Part shown: positions 1 to 10,605 of the stretch, one piece after another
How positions within the stretch are numbered: the stretch's first letter is position 1
Layout of the letters: each line of letters opens with the position of its first letter
NCBI GenBank assembly: GCA_963706325.1
Contig: CAVPLT010000001.1
Location: 480,001 to 544,000, forward strand
DNA from: an uncultured Nitrospiraceae bacterium
Lineage (GTDB): Bacteria; Nitrospirota; Nitrospiria; Nitrospirales; Nitrospiraceae
Direction: 5' to 3'
Length of the DNA: 64,000 nt
Position numbers and translations under genes: made by a program
Notes under the pieces: generated by a model
Databases searched by the model: none
The model's input: only the letters and a program-made list of their open reading frames with translations
What the model was told of the DNA's origin: nothing

Positions 1-72
1 CTTCGCGCAGGCAAGGGTCATGGCGCGGATGTCGGATTGCGCGAGACGCCCGGTGCGATCGCTTGTGTTCAT
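1..72 (-). CDS. N-terminus of a probable PLP-dependent class I/II aminotransferase (truncated by window edge)
   Basis: Manual translation MNTSDRTGRLAQSDIRAMTLACAK after a GAGG RBS; the S-x-IR-x-MT start resembles class I/II aminotransferases. Confidence 0.45.
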   Translation of the reverse strand, partial: MNTSDRTGRLAQSDIRAMTLACAK

Positions 73-167
73 TCCCATTCCTCGCTGTCTTGAATCAGCT
101 GTCGCTGTGCCATCACTCGTTCAGTCACGTATCTCGAATGACCAGGACAGGAGCCTTGCCGATACCG

Positions 168-495
168 TTATTTGCGGGCTCGAACGATCACGGCATCGAT
201 CGCCTTCAATCGAATTACGGCGTCGTGGAACTCCATTCCGGTCAGCTCGGCCAGGTGGACTCCGTTGATACCAACCTTGAGAACCTTTCCGTCGAGCTCT
301 TGCCCCGAACGAAGTTTCACCTTCGCCCTCTTCCCGACCTGCTGATCGAGCGTCTGCTTAAATGGTGTCGGCTGCATTCACATCAGGCTGCAATTCCTCT
401 GCCGACAGCGGCAACGTCGGAATTGCCAACAACAGACAGCCCAACATGGAGACATGAATGCTCCATCGAGACAAATTACCTATCGCCTGCTTCAT
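168..495 (-). CDS. Small exported protein with Sm/LSm-like beta domain; +1 frameshift near 360 (probable sequencing error)
   Basis: RBS GGAGGGG then MKQAIG...LGCLLLAIPTLPLSAEE (signal peptide); removing one T from ATTTAAG joins it to KQTLDQQVGKRAKVKLRSGQELDGKV. Confidence 0.6.
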
Positions 496-705
496 CGCGT
501 GCCCCTCCAGTAATGTGACCAGGCGAAACGATACCACTCCACCTGTCCCTCACAAATAACAGGCTTGCCTGGAGCCCGTCATTCCTCCCCTGCTCAACAT
601 GTCCAAGCCGACGTGCCATTCCCGTACCCCGTTCTCACGAAAAATGCAATCGTCGATACACTCGTGGAAAGAAAATCAGGCAGCACGTGCGCTCACAGGA
701 TGGCG

Positions 706-1323
706 TCAGTCTAAAAATTGACGAGGGATCGACATCGACTGGGTCGGACCGGAGCTCCTGCCGACCCACACAGTAGACAGAGTTGCATTGCTCACGAAAT
801 GGTTGTAGTGACGCAGCACACGTTCCACATACAGCTGTGTTCCAGGAAGTGACTCCGTACTGGTTGCCTGACTGACGCGTCGTTCGCCTGCATGGTAGGC
901 GGCCAGCGCCAGCGAAAGATCTCCTTCGAATCGGTCCAAGAGCCGACGCAGCAACGCCGCGCCGGCGCGAATGTTGTCGTCCGGATCGAAGGGGTCCAGG
1001 ACATGCAGCGCCGCCGCTGTCAGGGGCATAAGTTGCATCAATCCTAGCGCCCCTTTTGGTGACACCGCCTGGGGGTTATAATTTGATTCGACCTTAATCA
1101 CAGCCTGCAAAAGAGCAGGCTCGAGTTCATATTGCTTGGCGTAAGTGGCAATGAGGGACGGGATCGATTCCATTGGGCGAGGACTACCCACATCGATCAT
1201 GCCGGGATCAAGTGGCAACTGGTTCAATGAGGGCATCACTACCGTCAGGCAGATCGCGACGACCAGCGGACAGAGCGCGCGAGCCAGCTGAAGCAAGCGA
1301 GAGTACCAGTCTGCATGTTGCAT
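706..1323 (-). CDS. Lytic transglycosylase (SLT domain) with N-terminal membrane anchor
   Basis: Motifs VIKVES, GALGLMQLMP, LAAYHAG. Confidence 0.9.
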   Translation of the reverse strand: MQHADWYSRLLQLARALCPLVVAICLTVVMPSLNQLPLDPGMIDVGSPRPMESIPSLIATYAKQYELEPALLQAVIKVESNYNPQAVSPKGALGLMQLMPLTAAALHVLDPFDPDDNIRAGAALLRRLLDRFEGDLSLALAAYHAGERRVSQATSTESLPGTQLYVERVLRHYNHFVSNATLSTVWVGRSSGPTQSMSIPRQFLD

Positions 1324-1610
1324 AATGAAGAGTCGGTTCGACCGTGAGCGTCCTGTGACCAAGCATCTTGAGAAGGATCTCGTCACTATTCCATGCTGAG
1401 GACGGATGTACAAGAAAATGAAAAAAATCGACTTCCCCGTGGCCTCTTGAAGGCGCTACACCCTGGCAAGTTGTATGAGTAGGCCCCAGCATCAAGTGCG
1501 CGACACACACATCCCCTGCCGACCCCTCTACAGGCTATTTCCGTGGAAAACAGACTAGCCGTCGGTAGGCTCGATAACTGACTAGGCCAGAGCGTTCGTC
1601 CGTCCAATGC

Positions 1611-2027
1611 TCACAACAACAAACGCATGTGCTCTGTGAGCCAACAACGATCCATGACCACTTCCAATCCGGCTTGCCGAGCCCGCATCGCCGCCGGCTC
1701 GTCGATCACACCCTCTTGGAGCCACACCGCTTTGGCCTTCACGCGTATGGCCTCATCGACGATTGCACCTGCCTCCTCAGACCGCCGAAAGATGTTCACC
1801 AGATCGATTCGGCCTGGCACGGCTGAGAGAGAGGGATAGGCTACTTCGCCTAATACGCGAGTCTCATGAGGGTTCACAGGGATAATCACCTTTCCCTGCT
1901 GCTGCATATAGGCTGCCACCTGATACGACGGCCGAGCCGGATTCGAGGAGAGCCCTACTACGACGATGATCCGACAATCTCTGAGCAGGGCTTCCACGCA
2001 ATCTGACGATCGCGCGCCATCCATCAT
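1611..2027 (-). CDS. CoA-binding protein (YccU family)
   Basis: VVGLSSNPARPSY, IPVNP, AVWLQEG, VVMDRC; ATGA overlap with msrA stop. Confidence 0.9.
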   Translation of the reverse strand: MMDGARSSDCVEALLRDCRIIVVVGLSSNPARPSYQVAAYMQQQGKVIIPVNPHETRVLGEVAYPSLSAVPGRIDLVNIFRRSEEAGAIVDEAIRVKAKAVWLQEGVIDEPAAMRARQAGLEVVMDRCWLTEHMRLLL

Positions 2028-2647
2028 GATGCTCCCCACAGTTCCTGTAACCGTTGAGCTCGCCCGCAACTGAACTTGTAGAATTTATACCGGATCGGAT
2101 TCTTCTTATAAAAATCCTGATGATACTCTTCAGCCGGATAGAACTGCGAAGCCATCACAACGTCCGTCACAATCGGCTGCGCAAACCGTTTGGAACGCTC
2201 AAGCGCCTGCTTCGATGCGGCCGCCAAGCGTTTTTCTTCCTCGGTCTGAGAGAAAATCACTGCACGATATTGGCTGCCATGGTCGCAGAACTGCGCATTG
2301 GGCGTCATGGGATCGACGTTGTGCCAGAACACATCGAGTAAGGCGGCATAGTTCACCTTGGTGGAGTCGTATGCCACCTCAACCGCCTCGGCATGACCTG
2401 TCGCACCACCGGACACCTGTTCGTAACTTGGATTCTCGACATTGCCGCCCATGTACCCGCTGGCCACGGACGTGACACCAGGCACCTTCTCAAACGCTTC
2501 TTCCATGCACCAGAAACAACCGCCGGCAAAATATGCTTTGGCGAAACCTGGAGAATCCGCGGCTCGACCCACGGAAGCGAACATCGCAGCCAACAGCATC
2601 GACAACCAGAAACCGCGGCAGATGATGGTTCGTGCCTGCCTGTTCAT
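2024..2647 (-). CDS. msrA: Peptide-methionine (S)-S-oxide reductase MsrA with signal peptide
   Basis: FAGGCFWC, GHAEAV, FYPAEEYHQDFY; hydrophobic N-terminus; AGGAGG RBS. Confidence 0.95.
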   Translation of the reverse strand: MNRQARTIICRGFWLSMLLAAMFASVGRAADSPGFAKAYFAGGCFWCMEEAFEKVPGVTSVASGYMGGNVENPSYEQVSGGATGHAEAVEVAYDSTKVNYAALLDVFWHNVDPMTPNAQFCDHGSQYRAVIFSQTEEEKRLAAASKQALERSKRFAQPIVTDVVMASQFYPAEEYHQDFYKKNPIRYKFYKFSCGRAQRLQELWGAS

Positions 2648-2910
2648 TGGAATAGCCCTCCTACAGCCAAGTCGACTCTCACTCATCATCATACCGGAAA
2701 AGCCGTTGCTTCCACCGTTGGGTTAGTCAGTCCCTCACACGGTATTACGAGCGTCTCAACCTATTGGATGTGCGTGTAATCGCCGGGGGCTGGTTTCGTT
2801 CGGGACTCATGGCTGCGTTGGCCCTTTTGGATGCGCGGCTTGGCTTATGACAGGCGAACCTTATAGTCGGCGTCAGGCATTGAGATTTCAGGCGATAACG
2901 AACGGCCAGA

Positions 2911-3114
2911 CAGCTGTTCAAAACGCCGTCCGGCGAGTCCGCAACGATGCGAGGAGGCGGAACGTACCCTTCTTACCCGCCCAGCCCGAGCCTGCCGAGA
3001 CAGGTTCTGAGGGTCAAGATGCGACGGATAAGTAGTGTCAGGGGTGTGAACGTCGCCGAGATGGTGCGGGCGCAGTGTCTCGCGAGAACAAAGCCGCGGA
3101 CTTTTTCAACATCG
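2911..3114. repeat. Degenerate, internally expanded copy of the ~125 bp intergenic inverted-repeat element
   Basis: Ends CAGCTGTTCAAAAC... and ...GCGAGAACAAAGCCGCGGACTTTTTCAACATC resemble the copies at 41911 and 44593. Confidence 0.65.
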
Positions 3115-3116
3115 AG

Positions 3117-3650
3117 TCAGACGCCCCCCCAGGAGCGCGCGCCCTGCACAAGATCAGGCTGTCGCTGTTCGAACTGCTTCATCATGAGCGTAATGGCTTC
3201 TTCCGGGCTTTCTACGGCGGCAATGAGACGGCCGCCCAGATTTTTGAAAAATTTCGCTTCGGCCGGCGTCGCCCCTACCAGGATGACCGGTTTTCCCGCC
3301 TTCAGCGCGAGCGCCACCTCCGACACGGTTCCAGCTCCGGTCAAGCCGCAGGCCACCACGACATTGCTAGACATGACATTCACGTTGTTTCGGGCGTTGC
3401 CCATTTCGGTGATGATCGCCAAATCGACATATCTGGAGGCGCGGACCCGAGCCGAGGGAAGCACACCGATCGTCAAACTGCCGGGAACCCGTTTGGCGCC
3501 CTGAGACGCCGCATTCATGACCCCCACATCACGGCCGCCTGTCAGCACCACCCACTCCCTCCGGGCAATCAACTCACCGAGCACGCGTGCGTTGTCGATA
3601 TCTTTCTTTCTGGCCTTAGCCGGACCCATGACGCCCACAATGTATCGCAT
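3117..3650 (-). CDS. LOG/SLOG family nucleotide-binding protein (TIGR00725-like)
   Basis: VGVMG, LTGGRDVGVM, MGNARN, GAGTVSEVALALK. Confidence 0.85.
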   Translation of the reverse strand: MRYIVGVMGPAKARKKDIDNARVLGELIARREWVVLTGGRDVGVMNAASQGAKRVPGSLTIGVLPSARVRASRYVDLAIITEMGNARNNVNVMSSNVVVACGLTGAGTVSEVALALKAGKPVILVGATPAEAKFFKNLGGRLIAAVESPEEAITLMMKQFEQRQPDLVQGARSWGGV

Positions 3651-3658
3651 GCCGACCC

Positions 3659-4474
3659 TTACATTCGCCCGCCGCACTGCGGCTGCCACCACCCGCTTAC
3701 CGCCACGGTGGCATAATACATGGCCCAGGCTTCCGGATCATCCGCCAGGCTGCAGTACAGGTCGATGTCCGTATCCGCCACCATACCCGTCGCCACATAC
3801 TTCGCGCGAAGTTGTTGAGCTGACAGCTTCATTAGCTGGGGAATCAACCCGCCCCCGGCCGACAGATGGCCCTCATATTCCACCGTCAGTTGGCTCAGGT
3901 GATGCTGCTGAAACAGCGCGGGCAACTTCGCGCCCAGCGCATAGTCCATGCCAATGGACATGAACATGCGTTTTATGGCCACGGTCACGCGCCCGAATGC
4001 CGCCCGCGCTTCGTCGGGGCCGGTCACGGCTCGCGCCCCTTCAAATTCAGGCTCTTCCATGATCACCCAACCACCTGGCTTGACACAGCGAAGCATGCGC
4101 TCAAACGCCGCCTGATATTCGGCGATATGAATCATGACGTACCGGGCATGCACTAGATCGAAGGTGGCCGGAGCAAGCTCCATCTCACAAATATCACCTT
4201 GAAGAATCTCAATGGTCGAACTGCCGCTATTGAGCAGAAACCTCGGGTTGCTGTCGAGGGCCACCACTCTGCCCGAAGGACCCACTCGTTGTTCCAACCA
4301 CCGCACGATAGACCCGGCTCCCGCCCCCACTTCTAAACAATGCCAGCCGGTTGTCAGGCCGCTCGCCAGCATCCGACGTTGCGTGCCCGGATCAAATATA
4401 CGCTCGAGCATCTGCAGCCGCTCGAGCTCGCGCGGCTCTTCCGCCGCATGAAATACATAATCCGTCTTTAACAT
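3659..4474 (-). CDS. Class I SAM-dependent methyltransferase
   Basis: LEVGAGAG, FDLVHAR, VKPGGW. Confidence 0.9.
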   Translation of the reverse strand: MLKTDYVFHAAEEPRELERLQMLERIFDPGTQRRMLASGLTTGWHCLEVGAGAGSIVRWLEQRVGPSGRVVALDSNPRFLLNSGSSTIEILQGDICEMELAPATFDLVHARYVMIHIAEYQAAFERMLRCVKPGGWVIMEEPEFEGARAVTGPDEARAAFGRVTVAIKRMFMSIGMDYALGAKLPALFQQHHLSQLTVEYEGHLSAGGGLIPQLMKLSAQQLRAKYVATGMVADTDIDLYCSLADDPEAWAMYYATVAVSGWWQPQCGGRM

Positions 4475-4530
4475 CTCTCGTCCTTTGTTGGGCGACAGGG
4501 ATACGCGCCAGCGTTCATCTGCCGCATATT

Positions 4531-6165
4531 TTAAAAGCGTGAGCCCGGTAACGCCACGTCGGCTCGTGCCCAGGCAGCACGAAACCGGACCTCTTCCTGC
4601 GCGGCGTCCTTATGCTGGGCCCGCAGACTTTGGACGAGTCCTTGCAATGCCCATCCGTTCTCGGGATTGAGGCGGAGATCATCACGGTAGACTGATTCGG
4701 CTTCATTCGGACGCCCCGCCAGCAACAGCACCGCTCCCAGATTGTGGCGAACCGGGTGAAACCAGAAAGGCGGCTCACTGTACGGCAAGGCGGCCTCCAG
4801 CTGAACCGCCTCGCGGAGGGCCTGAATACCCGCGTCGTACTGCCCCCGTCGGGCTGCCAGTTCCCCCACCAACACCCGTTCGGCCACCTTTAAAATATTG
4901 CGATTGGTTTTAGCCTCCGCTGTTTTGGCCTTGCCAAAAGACTTGAGAGATCTTCTAAGATTGGATAATTCACCCTCGGCACTCCCAAAGCGGGTCGTCG
5001 CGGCGAATGCCAGCCCACGCACATAATGCCAGAGGCCGGTGGTGAATCGCATGGTTTTTGGGGGCGGAGGTTGCCGGATCAATTCGCTCCAGTGACCGAA
5101 TCGCGCCTGAGTCAGGAATAACGTCGGCGCATACCATTCCAGGGACGGTTCTTTGATCACCACTTCGTCTGAAATCTTCGTCAGCAGATCCCGTCCGGCC
5201 TGCAAGGCCTCCGTACTACGGCCCTCCATCATCAAGGAAGCGTTCAGAAAATGGAGATTGTGTGCATAATACCCTGACGCATAGTTCCCCTCCAGCGGAT
5301 GGTGCGCTAAATACTCGTGGTCCACTGTGGCAGCTGTGGCATTGCGTTCAGACGCCTCCCGATAGAGACCGAGACGCATGTAAATATGCGCCGGCATATG
5401 CACGAGATGCCCGGCGCCCGGCATGAGCGCCGGCAAACGCTTGGCGCATTCCAGGGCTCGCTGAGGTTCAGGAGACGCTTCGACGGCGTGAATGTAGTAA
5501 TGGCAGGCGCCCGGGTGAGTCGGGTTTCGCTGCAACGTCGCTTCCAAAGTCGCGACGAGCTCATCCGTCCCCGCTTGAGGGCGCCCATCCGCCCGCCAAT
5601 AGTTCCAGGGTCGGAGAACCATCTGCGCTTCCGCCGACAGCGTCGCCGCATCCACGTCATCAGGATACTCTCGCACTAGACGACGCATGGCCTTCGCATA
5701 GGCCTCGTCCTTCCCCTTCCGGGTGAGGGACCGTTTGAGTGAGTACCGCGACGCCAACGCCTCAACGTACGCCCGCTCCCTTGGAGTAGCCTGCGCCAGA
5801 CGCAACGTAGCCTTATGCAAAGCTTCCACGGCACGAGCCTCCGCCTTCGGATCCATGGCTGCGTTAATGTTCGGCCCCAGGCTCAACGCCACACCCCAAT
5901 AGGGCATAGGGGCATCAGGATCAAGACGGGACGCTTCAGTAAAGGCGGCGATGGCTTCCTCATGATTGAAGGCATAGACCAGCCTGAGCCCTTGATCGAA
6001 AAACTTCTGCGCACGTTCGGATGCCGTCGTGATCTCGTAATGCCACGTGCCGAGATTATCGAACAGCGTCACGTCCGCCCAAACCACGTCAGCGTAAGGA
6101 GACAACGCCAGCCCTACGACTATCACAATGCTCATCACCGCCTGTGCATATCGCCTTCGCGCCAT
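4531..6165 (-). CDS. Exported tetratricopeptide-repeat protein
   Basis: Signal peptide; FFDQGLRLVYAFNHEEA, HYYIHAVE, GHLVHMPAHIY; TPR-like helices. Confidence 0.85.
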   Translation of the reverse strand: MARRRYAQAVMSIVIVVGLALSPYADVVWADVTLFDNLGTWHYEITTASERAQKFFDQGLRLVYAFNHEEAIAAFTEASRLDPDAPMPYWGVALSLGPNINAAMDPKAEARAVEALHKATLRLAQATPRERAYVEALASRYSLKRSLTRKGKDEAYAKAMRRLVREYPDDVDAATLSAEAQMVLRPWNYWRADGRPQAGTDELVATLEATLQRNPTHPGACHYYIHAVEASPEPQRALECAKRLPALMPGAGHLVHMPAHIYMRLGLYREASERNATAATVDHEYLAHHPLEGNYASGYYAHNLHFLNASLMMEGRSTEALQAGRDLLTKISDEVVIKEPSLEWYAPTLFLTQARFGHWSELIRQPPPPKTMRFTTGLWHYVRGLAFAATTRFGSAEGELSNLRRSLKSFGKAKTAEAKTNRNILKVAERVLVGELAARRGQYDAGIQALREAVQLEAALPYSEPPFWFHPVRHNLGAVLLLAGRPNEAESVYRDDLRLNPENGWALQGLVQSLRAQHKDAAQEEVRFRAAWARADVALPGSRF

Positions 6166-6457
6166 TGACCATGCTCCCGATTGGTTCTATTCACTCCGCG
6201 GATGCGTCCGTCATCCTTGGAGACTCCACCACCGCAGGGAAAGGCACAAATTAGCAGCCCCGTCGGGAAGATACTAGTCGGAGGCCACAAGCAGGGAATT
6301 CCTTCAATGAATTGCACGAGTCCGTCGCAGCGGGTCGGCGGCAATGGGGAATTCGAGGCGCCCGGTTCAACTGTCGGCAAGAGAAGCGTCAAGAGACATG
6401 CGAAGGTCTTTGAGGGATCAAGGGAGACTCGATGACCGACGGCTGGATCTACGGAGG

Positions 6458-7159
6458 TTACGCGTTGAGGTAGGGAGTCTGGGTGGGTTCCGTAGCGGTA
6501 TCTCGTCGATCTCTCGACGGCTTCTTGTCGCGAAACGGGAGTGGGCGAGGCGGGACAAGCGACAGTTCAAGGGTGGAAGGCTGTGCCAGTTCCATGTCCT
6601 TGCCCATGTACATCAAAACCTGTTGCTGAGAGGTCACCAGCGCACGGAGGTCCTGCAGTTGCGCCGTCAGGGCATCCACCTGTTCCTGTTGGGCGGAAAC
6701 CTGCTCCCGCAGCTGATCGACCTCAGCTTGCGTGGATTGGGTCTGTTGAAGCACCCACTCCTTGAGCTCGCGGGCTTGGGCCGTCAACACGCGTTGCACG
6801 TAGCTGGCGCGGTCGCGCAGCCTGAAAATCACATCCCCGACCGACCCTTCCCACCGCCGAGCCGGCACGAGCCCGCATTCCGACTGAGACGCCTCTTCGG
6901 CATGCCGGGCCACCGGAGCTCCCAACCACTTCGACAGACGCTGCCCCAACGGCACGACTGCCCGCTCCTCGGAACGTCCGTGCTGGCACCAGTCCTCAAA
7001 GCGTTCGGTGATATCCTCCAGTTTCACGAACACCTTGCTGATGCTCGCGCGCAACGGTGAGGGCGCAAATGGATTGACCCCGCCCTTCTCTCCTTTGTCA
7101 GGAGCGAAGGTCAGAAGATTCACCGGTTTTTCAGCTAAACGATGCTGTTTCCGCGTCAT
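6458..7159 (-). CDS. Hypothetical coiled-coil protein
   Basis: 233-aa ORF with a heptad, Gln/Leu-rich segment (VDQLREQVSAQQEQVDALTAQLQDL). Confidence 0.7.
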   Translation of the reverse strand: MTRKQHRLAEKPVNLLTFAPDKGEKGGVNPFAPSPLRASISKVFVKLEDITERFEDWCQHGRSEERAVVPLGQRLSKWLGAPVARHAEEASQSECGLVPARRWEGSVGDVIFRLRDRASYVQRVLTAQARELKEWVLQQTQSTQAEVDQLREQVSAQQEQVDALTAQLQDLRALVTSQQQVLMYMGKDMELAQPSTLELSLVPPRPLPFRDKKPSRDRRDTATEPTQTPYLNA

Positions 7160-7312
7160 ACATGGACCACGATCTTATCGGTTGAAGCTCATTTATTCAT
7201 TACTCTTTCCCATGAGCCTAGTCAATGGTCAGAGCAGGGTTTTTTCCAGCATCGAAGCAACCACGCGAGGAGGATTCGTCGCATCCGGCCGACTGGTGCG
7301 AAGTCGGGCGCA

Positions 7313-8659
7313 TCAAAAGCGGGTGACGCTGGAGAAATTAAAATTGTGCAGCCGCAAGGCCGGCACCAAAGCCTTGCCGCTTTCCGATGTCACCGCTTCC
7401 GCGGGCATCGTATAGGCATCGACATGGTTGAAAGCGCGTAGCGGGCTGTCATGGAACCGGAAGTTCCGCACGGCCGACACAATCTCGCCATTCTCGATCA
7501 AGAAGGTTCCGTCCCGGGTCATGCCGGTCAGCGTCAGGTCCGATGGATTGACTGGGCGGATATACCAGAAATTAGTCACCAGGATACCCCGCTGCGTCGT
7601 GCGGACAAGATCGTCGACGCGCGCTCCGTGAGGATGTTCACCCGACAAACAGGGCGACTCCAGGGTCGTCACGGGATCGATATGATGTTCCTGCGCAGTA
7701 TAGCGATCATGAAGCAGCTGAGTGAGTACGCCCGCCTCGATCCAGGTCGAACCGATCACAGGCAGCCCCTCATCCGTGAATCCCTGTCCAAGAAGATCGG
7801 CATGGTCCGGCCGATTGCGCAACGACAGTCTCCGGTCGAGAATGCGCATGCCCATCTTTCCGCTGAAGGGACTCGTCCCCTTGTAAAAGGCTTTCGCGTC
7901 TAGCATCCAGATCATCCAACTCAAGAGCCCCGCAACGGCTGCCGGTTCGAGAATGACCGTGTACCGTCCGGGCGGCAATTCCTGCGGTTCATCCGCGCCT
8001 CGCTTCGCCTTATTGATGGCTGCCAAGGTGCGCTCTTGAACATGCAAGTGATCGATAGACCGGTGAGCGGCTGCCGACCAGCCAGTGGCTTCCCCGGCCT
8101 GCACGGTGAGGCTGAAACGTCCTTCGGTCCGTTCCTCGTAGGCGGCCAATCCGGTGCTGGAGGCCAGCGCCGTGACTGCCACGCCAGAGGCCACCGTCCC
8201 GGCCGCGTTGAGATTTTCCATCTTGCATTGCCCGATCGCTTCGCGCGCGTAATCCAGGCGCCGCGCGGGACCTGCGGCAGTCGTTTCGGGGCGCGACGTG
8301 GGCGGCGGCACATACGATTGCGGCCCGAGGGGCGGAAGATACTCCGGGTCTTCGGGTGAGACGCGAGCAATGCGCTCTGCCAGGGCGAGCGTCTCTCGCA
8401 CGGCGCCGGCGGTGAAGTCCGTGGTGGTCGCGGTGCCATGGCGCTGCCCGAATGCGACGGTGATCGCCAGCGTTCCACGACGCTGATTCACGTTTTGAAT
8501 AATTTGGTTGTTCGCAAAGCGAGTCGTCCCGCCATGGACATCGCGCAACGACAGAAACGTGTGATCGCCGGTGGAGTGCTTCAACACGAGATCGGTCAAG
8601 AAGTCGAACTCCTGCCGACTCGTCATCTTTGGCCAGGCGTCAGTAATGGCCGAGGTCAT
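7313..8659 (-). CDS. TldD/PmbA family protein (PmbA/TldE-like partner)
   Basis: TRFANNQI, PGRYTVILEP, LTGMTRDGTFLIENG; ATGA overlap with tldD stop. Confidence 0.9.
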   Translation of the reverse strand: MTSAITDAWPKMTSRQEFDFLTDLVLKHSTGDHTFLSLRDVHGGTTRFANNQIIQNVNQRRGTLAITVAFGQRHGTATTTDFTAGAVRETLALAERIARVSPEDPEYLPPLGPQSYVPPPTSRPETTAAGPARRLDYAREAIGQCKMENLNAAGTVASGVAVTALASSTGLAAYEERTEGRFSLTVQAGEATGWSAAAHRSIDHLHVQERTLAAINKAKRGADEPQELPPGRYTVILEPAAVAGLLSWMIWMLDAKAFYKGTSPFSGKMGMRILDRRLSLRNRPDHADLLGQGFTDEGLPVIGSTWIEAGVLTQLLHDRYTAQEHHIDPVTTLESPCLSGEHPHGARVDDLVRTTQRGILVTNFWYIRPVNPSDLTLTGMTRDGTFLIENGEIVSAVRNFRFHDSPLRAFNHVDAYTMPAEAVTSESGKALVPALRLHNFNFSSVTRF

Positions 8660-10113
8660 CCCGTTGCTTGTCCCGTGATCACATCGACCCGCCGAAAGCG
8701 GGCGTGCGAGGCGGCGTGAGTCATCCAGCCGGCTTGGCCAGGCTGACCTTTGCCGCACGTGATAAATCCGTACCTTCGGCGATGGGTATGGTCGGCAACG
8801 CCATCGCAGCGGCCCCAAAACTCGGGCGTAATGCCGTGATAAATGACATCCCGGAGCATATGCGTGCGCCGACCGTTTTCGATCAGCCAAAACGCGTCGC
8901 CTCCGAACTGGAAATTGTACCGCCGCTGATCGATGCTGTAAGAGCCATGGCCCTCGATGTAGATCCCGCGCTTTACATCAGCAAGGAGTTCGTCCACTGT
9001 CGCCCTACCCGGCTCAAGACCGATGTTCGCAATGCGGACCATCGGCACAGTCGCCCAACTATCGGCACGGTTCGACCCGCGGGAACGCGCTTCTTGAATT
9101 CTCGGCGCCACTTCACGATTCGTGCAGTACCCGACAAAGACGCCCTCCCGCACGATGTCCCACCGTTGGCAACTCACCCCATCGTCGTCGAAGCCCGTTG
9201 CCGCCAGCGTCTGCGGTTCGGTGTTGTCGGCCACCAGATTCACGTACGACGAGCCGTAGCGGTATGTCCCGCGCTTGTCAGGCGTGAGAAAGCTCGTCCC
9301 CGCATAATTGGCCTCATAGCCGAGCGCACGGTCCAATTCACTGGGATGTCCGCAGGACTCGTGCATCGTCAATGAGAGATGTTCCGGGTCGAGCAACAGA
9401 TCGTAGCGCCCGGCCTCGACCGCCGGAGCCCGCACCTTCTCCACCGCTTGCGCCGCAATACGCGCGCCTTCACGAATGAAATCGCTCTCCTGAATCAGTT
9501 CATAGCCCATGCGCAAATGCGGGGTGTTGAACGAGCGTGTGGCAAACCGTCCGTCATGAACCGCCGTGGCGCTGCAGTCGCCTTGGATGGCCAGTAAGGA
9601 GAACTCCAAATGAGAGCCTTCGGTAGAGACAAAGAGTTTGCGATCACGTTGGGCCCAGAGACTGGCGTGGCTTCTGACCACGCCCACCTGCTGATGGATC
9701 GAGTCCATCGCGTTCAGGAGCAGCGCGGTCTGTTCTTCTAGGGGAACTTCAAAAGGGTCGAGGCGGCAAGGCGTGACGATACGATCACGATGCACCGGTT
9801 CAGGCGCGAGATGGATCTTTTCGATTGCCAGGGACGCCGATCCCTTCGCGATTTCGACGGCTAGCTCCGCCACGCGCGGTATCTCTTCGAGGGAGAGGAT
9901 GGAACTCGCCGCAAAGCCCCAGGCGCCCCGGTGCAACACTCGAATGCCGAACCCGCGGTCGGACGTCTCTCGAATCTGTGCGATGCGCCGGTCCTCCCCA
10001 TTGATGGTGCGCGTCGTGGTATCGAGCAGCCGGATGTCGGCGTATTCGACGCCATCCGCGCGCACGCGCGCGAGCGCCAGCTCGGCCAATTCATCCCACA
10101 GCGGTCCGCTCAT
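8656..10113 (-). CDS. tldD: TldD metalloprotease subunit
   Basis: HESCGHPSE (HExxxH) metal motif, FDDDG, CGKGQP. Confidence 0.9.
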   Translation of the reverse strand: MSGPLWDELAELALARVRADGVEYADIRLLDTTTRTINGEDRRIAQIRETSDRGFGIRVLHRGAWGFAASSILSLEEIPRVAELAVEIAKGSASLAIEKIHLAPEPVHRDRIVTPCRLDPFEVPLEEQTALLLNAMDSIHQQVGVVRSHASLWAQRDRKLFVSTEGSHLEFSLLAIQGDCSATAVHDGRFATRSFNTPHLRMGYELIQESDFIREGARIAAQAVEKVRAPAVEAGRYDLLLDPEHLSLTMHESCGHPSELDRALGYEANYAGTSFLTPDKRGTYRYGSSYVNLVADNTEPQTLAATGFDDDGVSCQRWDIVREGVFVGYCTNREVAPRIQEARSRGSNRADSWATVPMVRIANIGLEPGRATVDELLADVKRGIYIEGHGSYSIDQRRYNFQFGGDAFWLIENGRRTHMLRDVIYHGITPEFWGRCDGVADHTHRRRYGFITCGKGQPGQAGWMTHAASHARFRRVDVITGQATG

Positions 10114-10224
10114 ATCATCTCTTTCATGGCGGGGGATCGCACAATAAATCTAGGTCAGTATACCAACATCGCCGAGGTCGATTCCCGTCTTTTCATCGAC
10201 CCGCCGTTCGCCTATGATCACCGC

Positions 10225-10551
10225 ATGCCGCCCATCGAACGCACTTCCCGCCAACGCCTCATCGAACTACTGACCGGCACATTGCTGTCCTCGCATCAAC
10301 TGGCCCCGCTCCTGGGAATTCCGGAACGCCAGGTCGAAGAGCATCTCACGCATATCGTGAAGACTATCGCCCGCGACCCCTCGCGCACGCTTCTCTGGGA
10401 ACCGTCTGAATGTCTGGGCTGCGGGTTCACCTTTCGTGACCGGACCAGGCTGACTCGTCCCAGCCGTTGTCCGCACTGCCGCAATGAAGCGATCACGGCT
10501 CCTCGTTATGGCATACGTGAAAAGACCGCGACATCGCACAAGATGGCTTGA
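10225..10551 (+). CDS. HTH plus Zn-ribbon predicted transcriptional regulator (COG3357-like)
   Basis: N-terminal HTH (LSSHQLAPLLGIPERQVEEHLTHI), CLGCG and PSRCPHC. Confidence 0.8.
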   Translation: MPPIERTSRQRLIELLTGTLLSSHQLAPLLGIPERQVEEHLTHIVKTIARDPSRTLLWEPSECLGCGFTFRDRTRLTRPSRCPHCRNEAITAPRYGIREKTATSHKMA

Positions 10552-10605
10552 AACTCCCGGCGCCGTAGGAGACACTGTGCCTCAAGCGCTGTCAAGGAAT
10601 GTCCA

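Noticed and set aside
600..620. Sigma-54 promoter TGGCACG on minus strand
   Set aside because: The -12 element is mis-spaced and lacks the GC
6200..6440. 6S RNA or other ncRNA (contains GTTGAACC and CCCTGCGGTG on the minus strand)
   Set aside because: I could not build the long closing helix with central bulge; motif order does not fit
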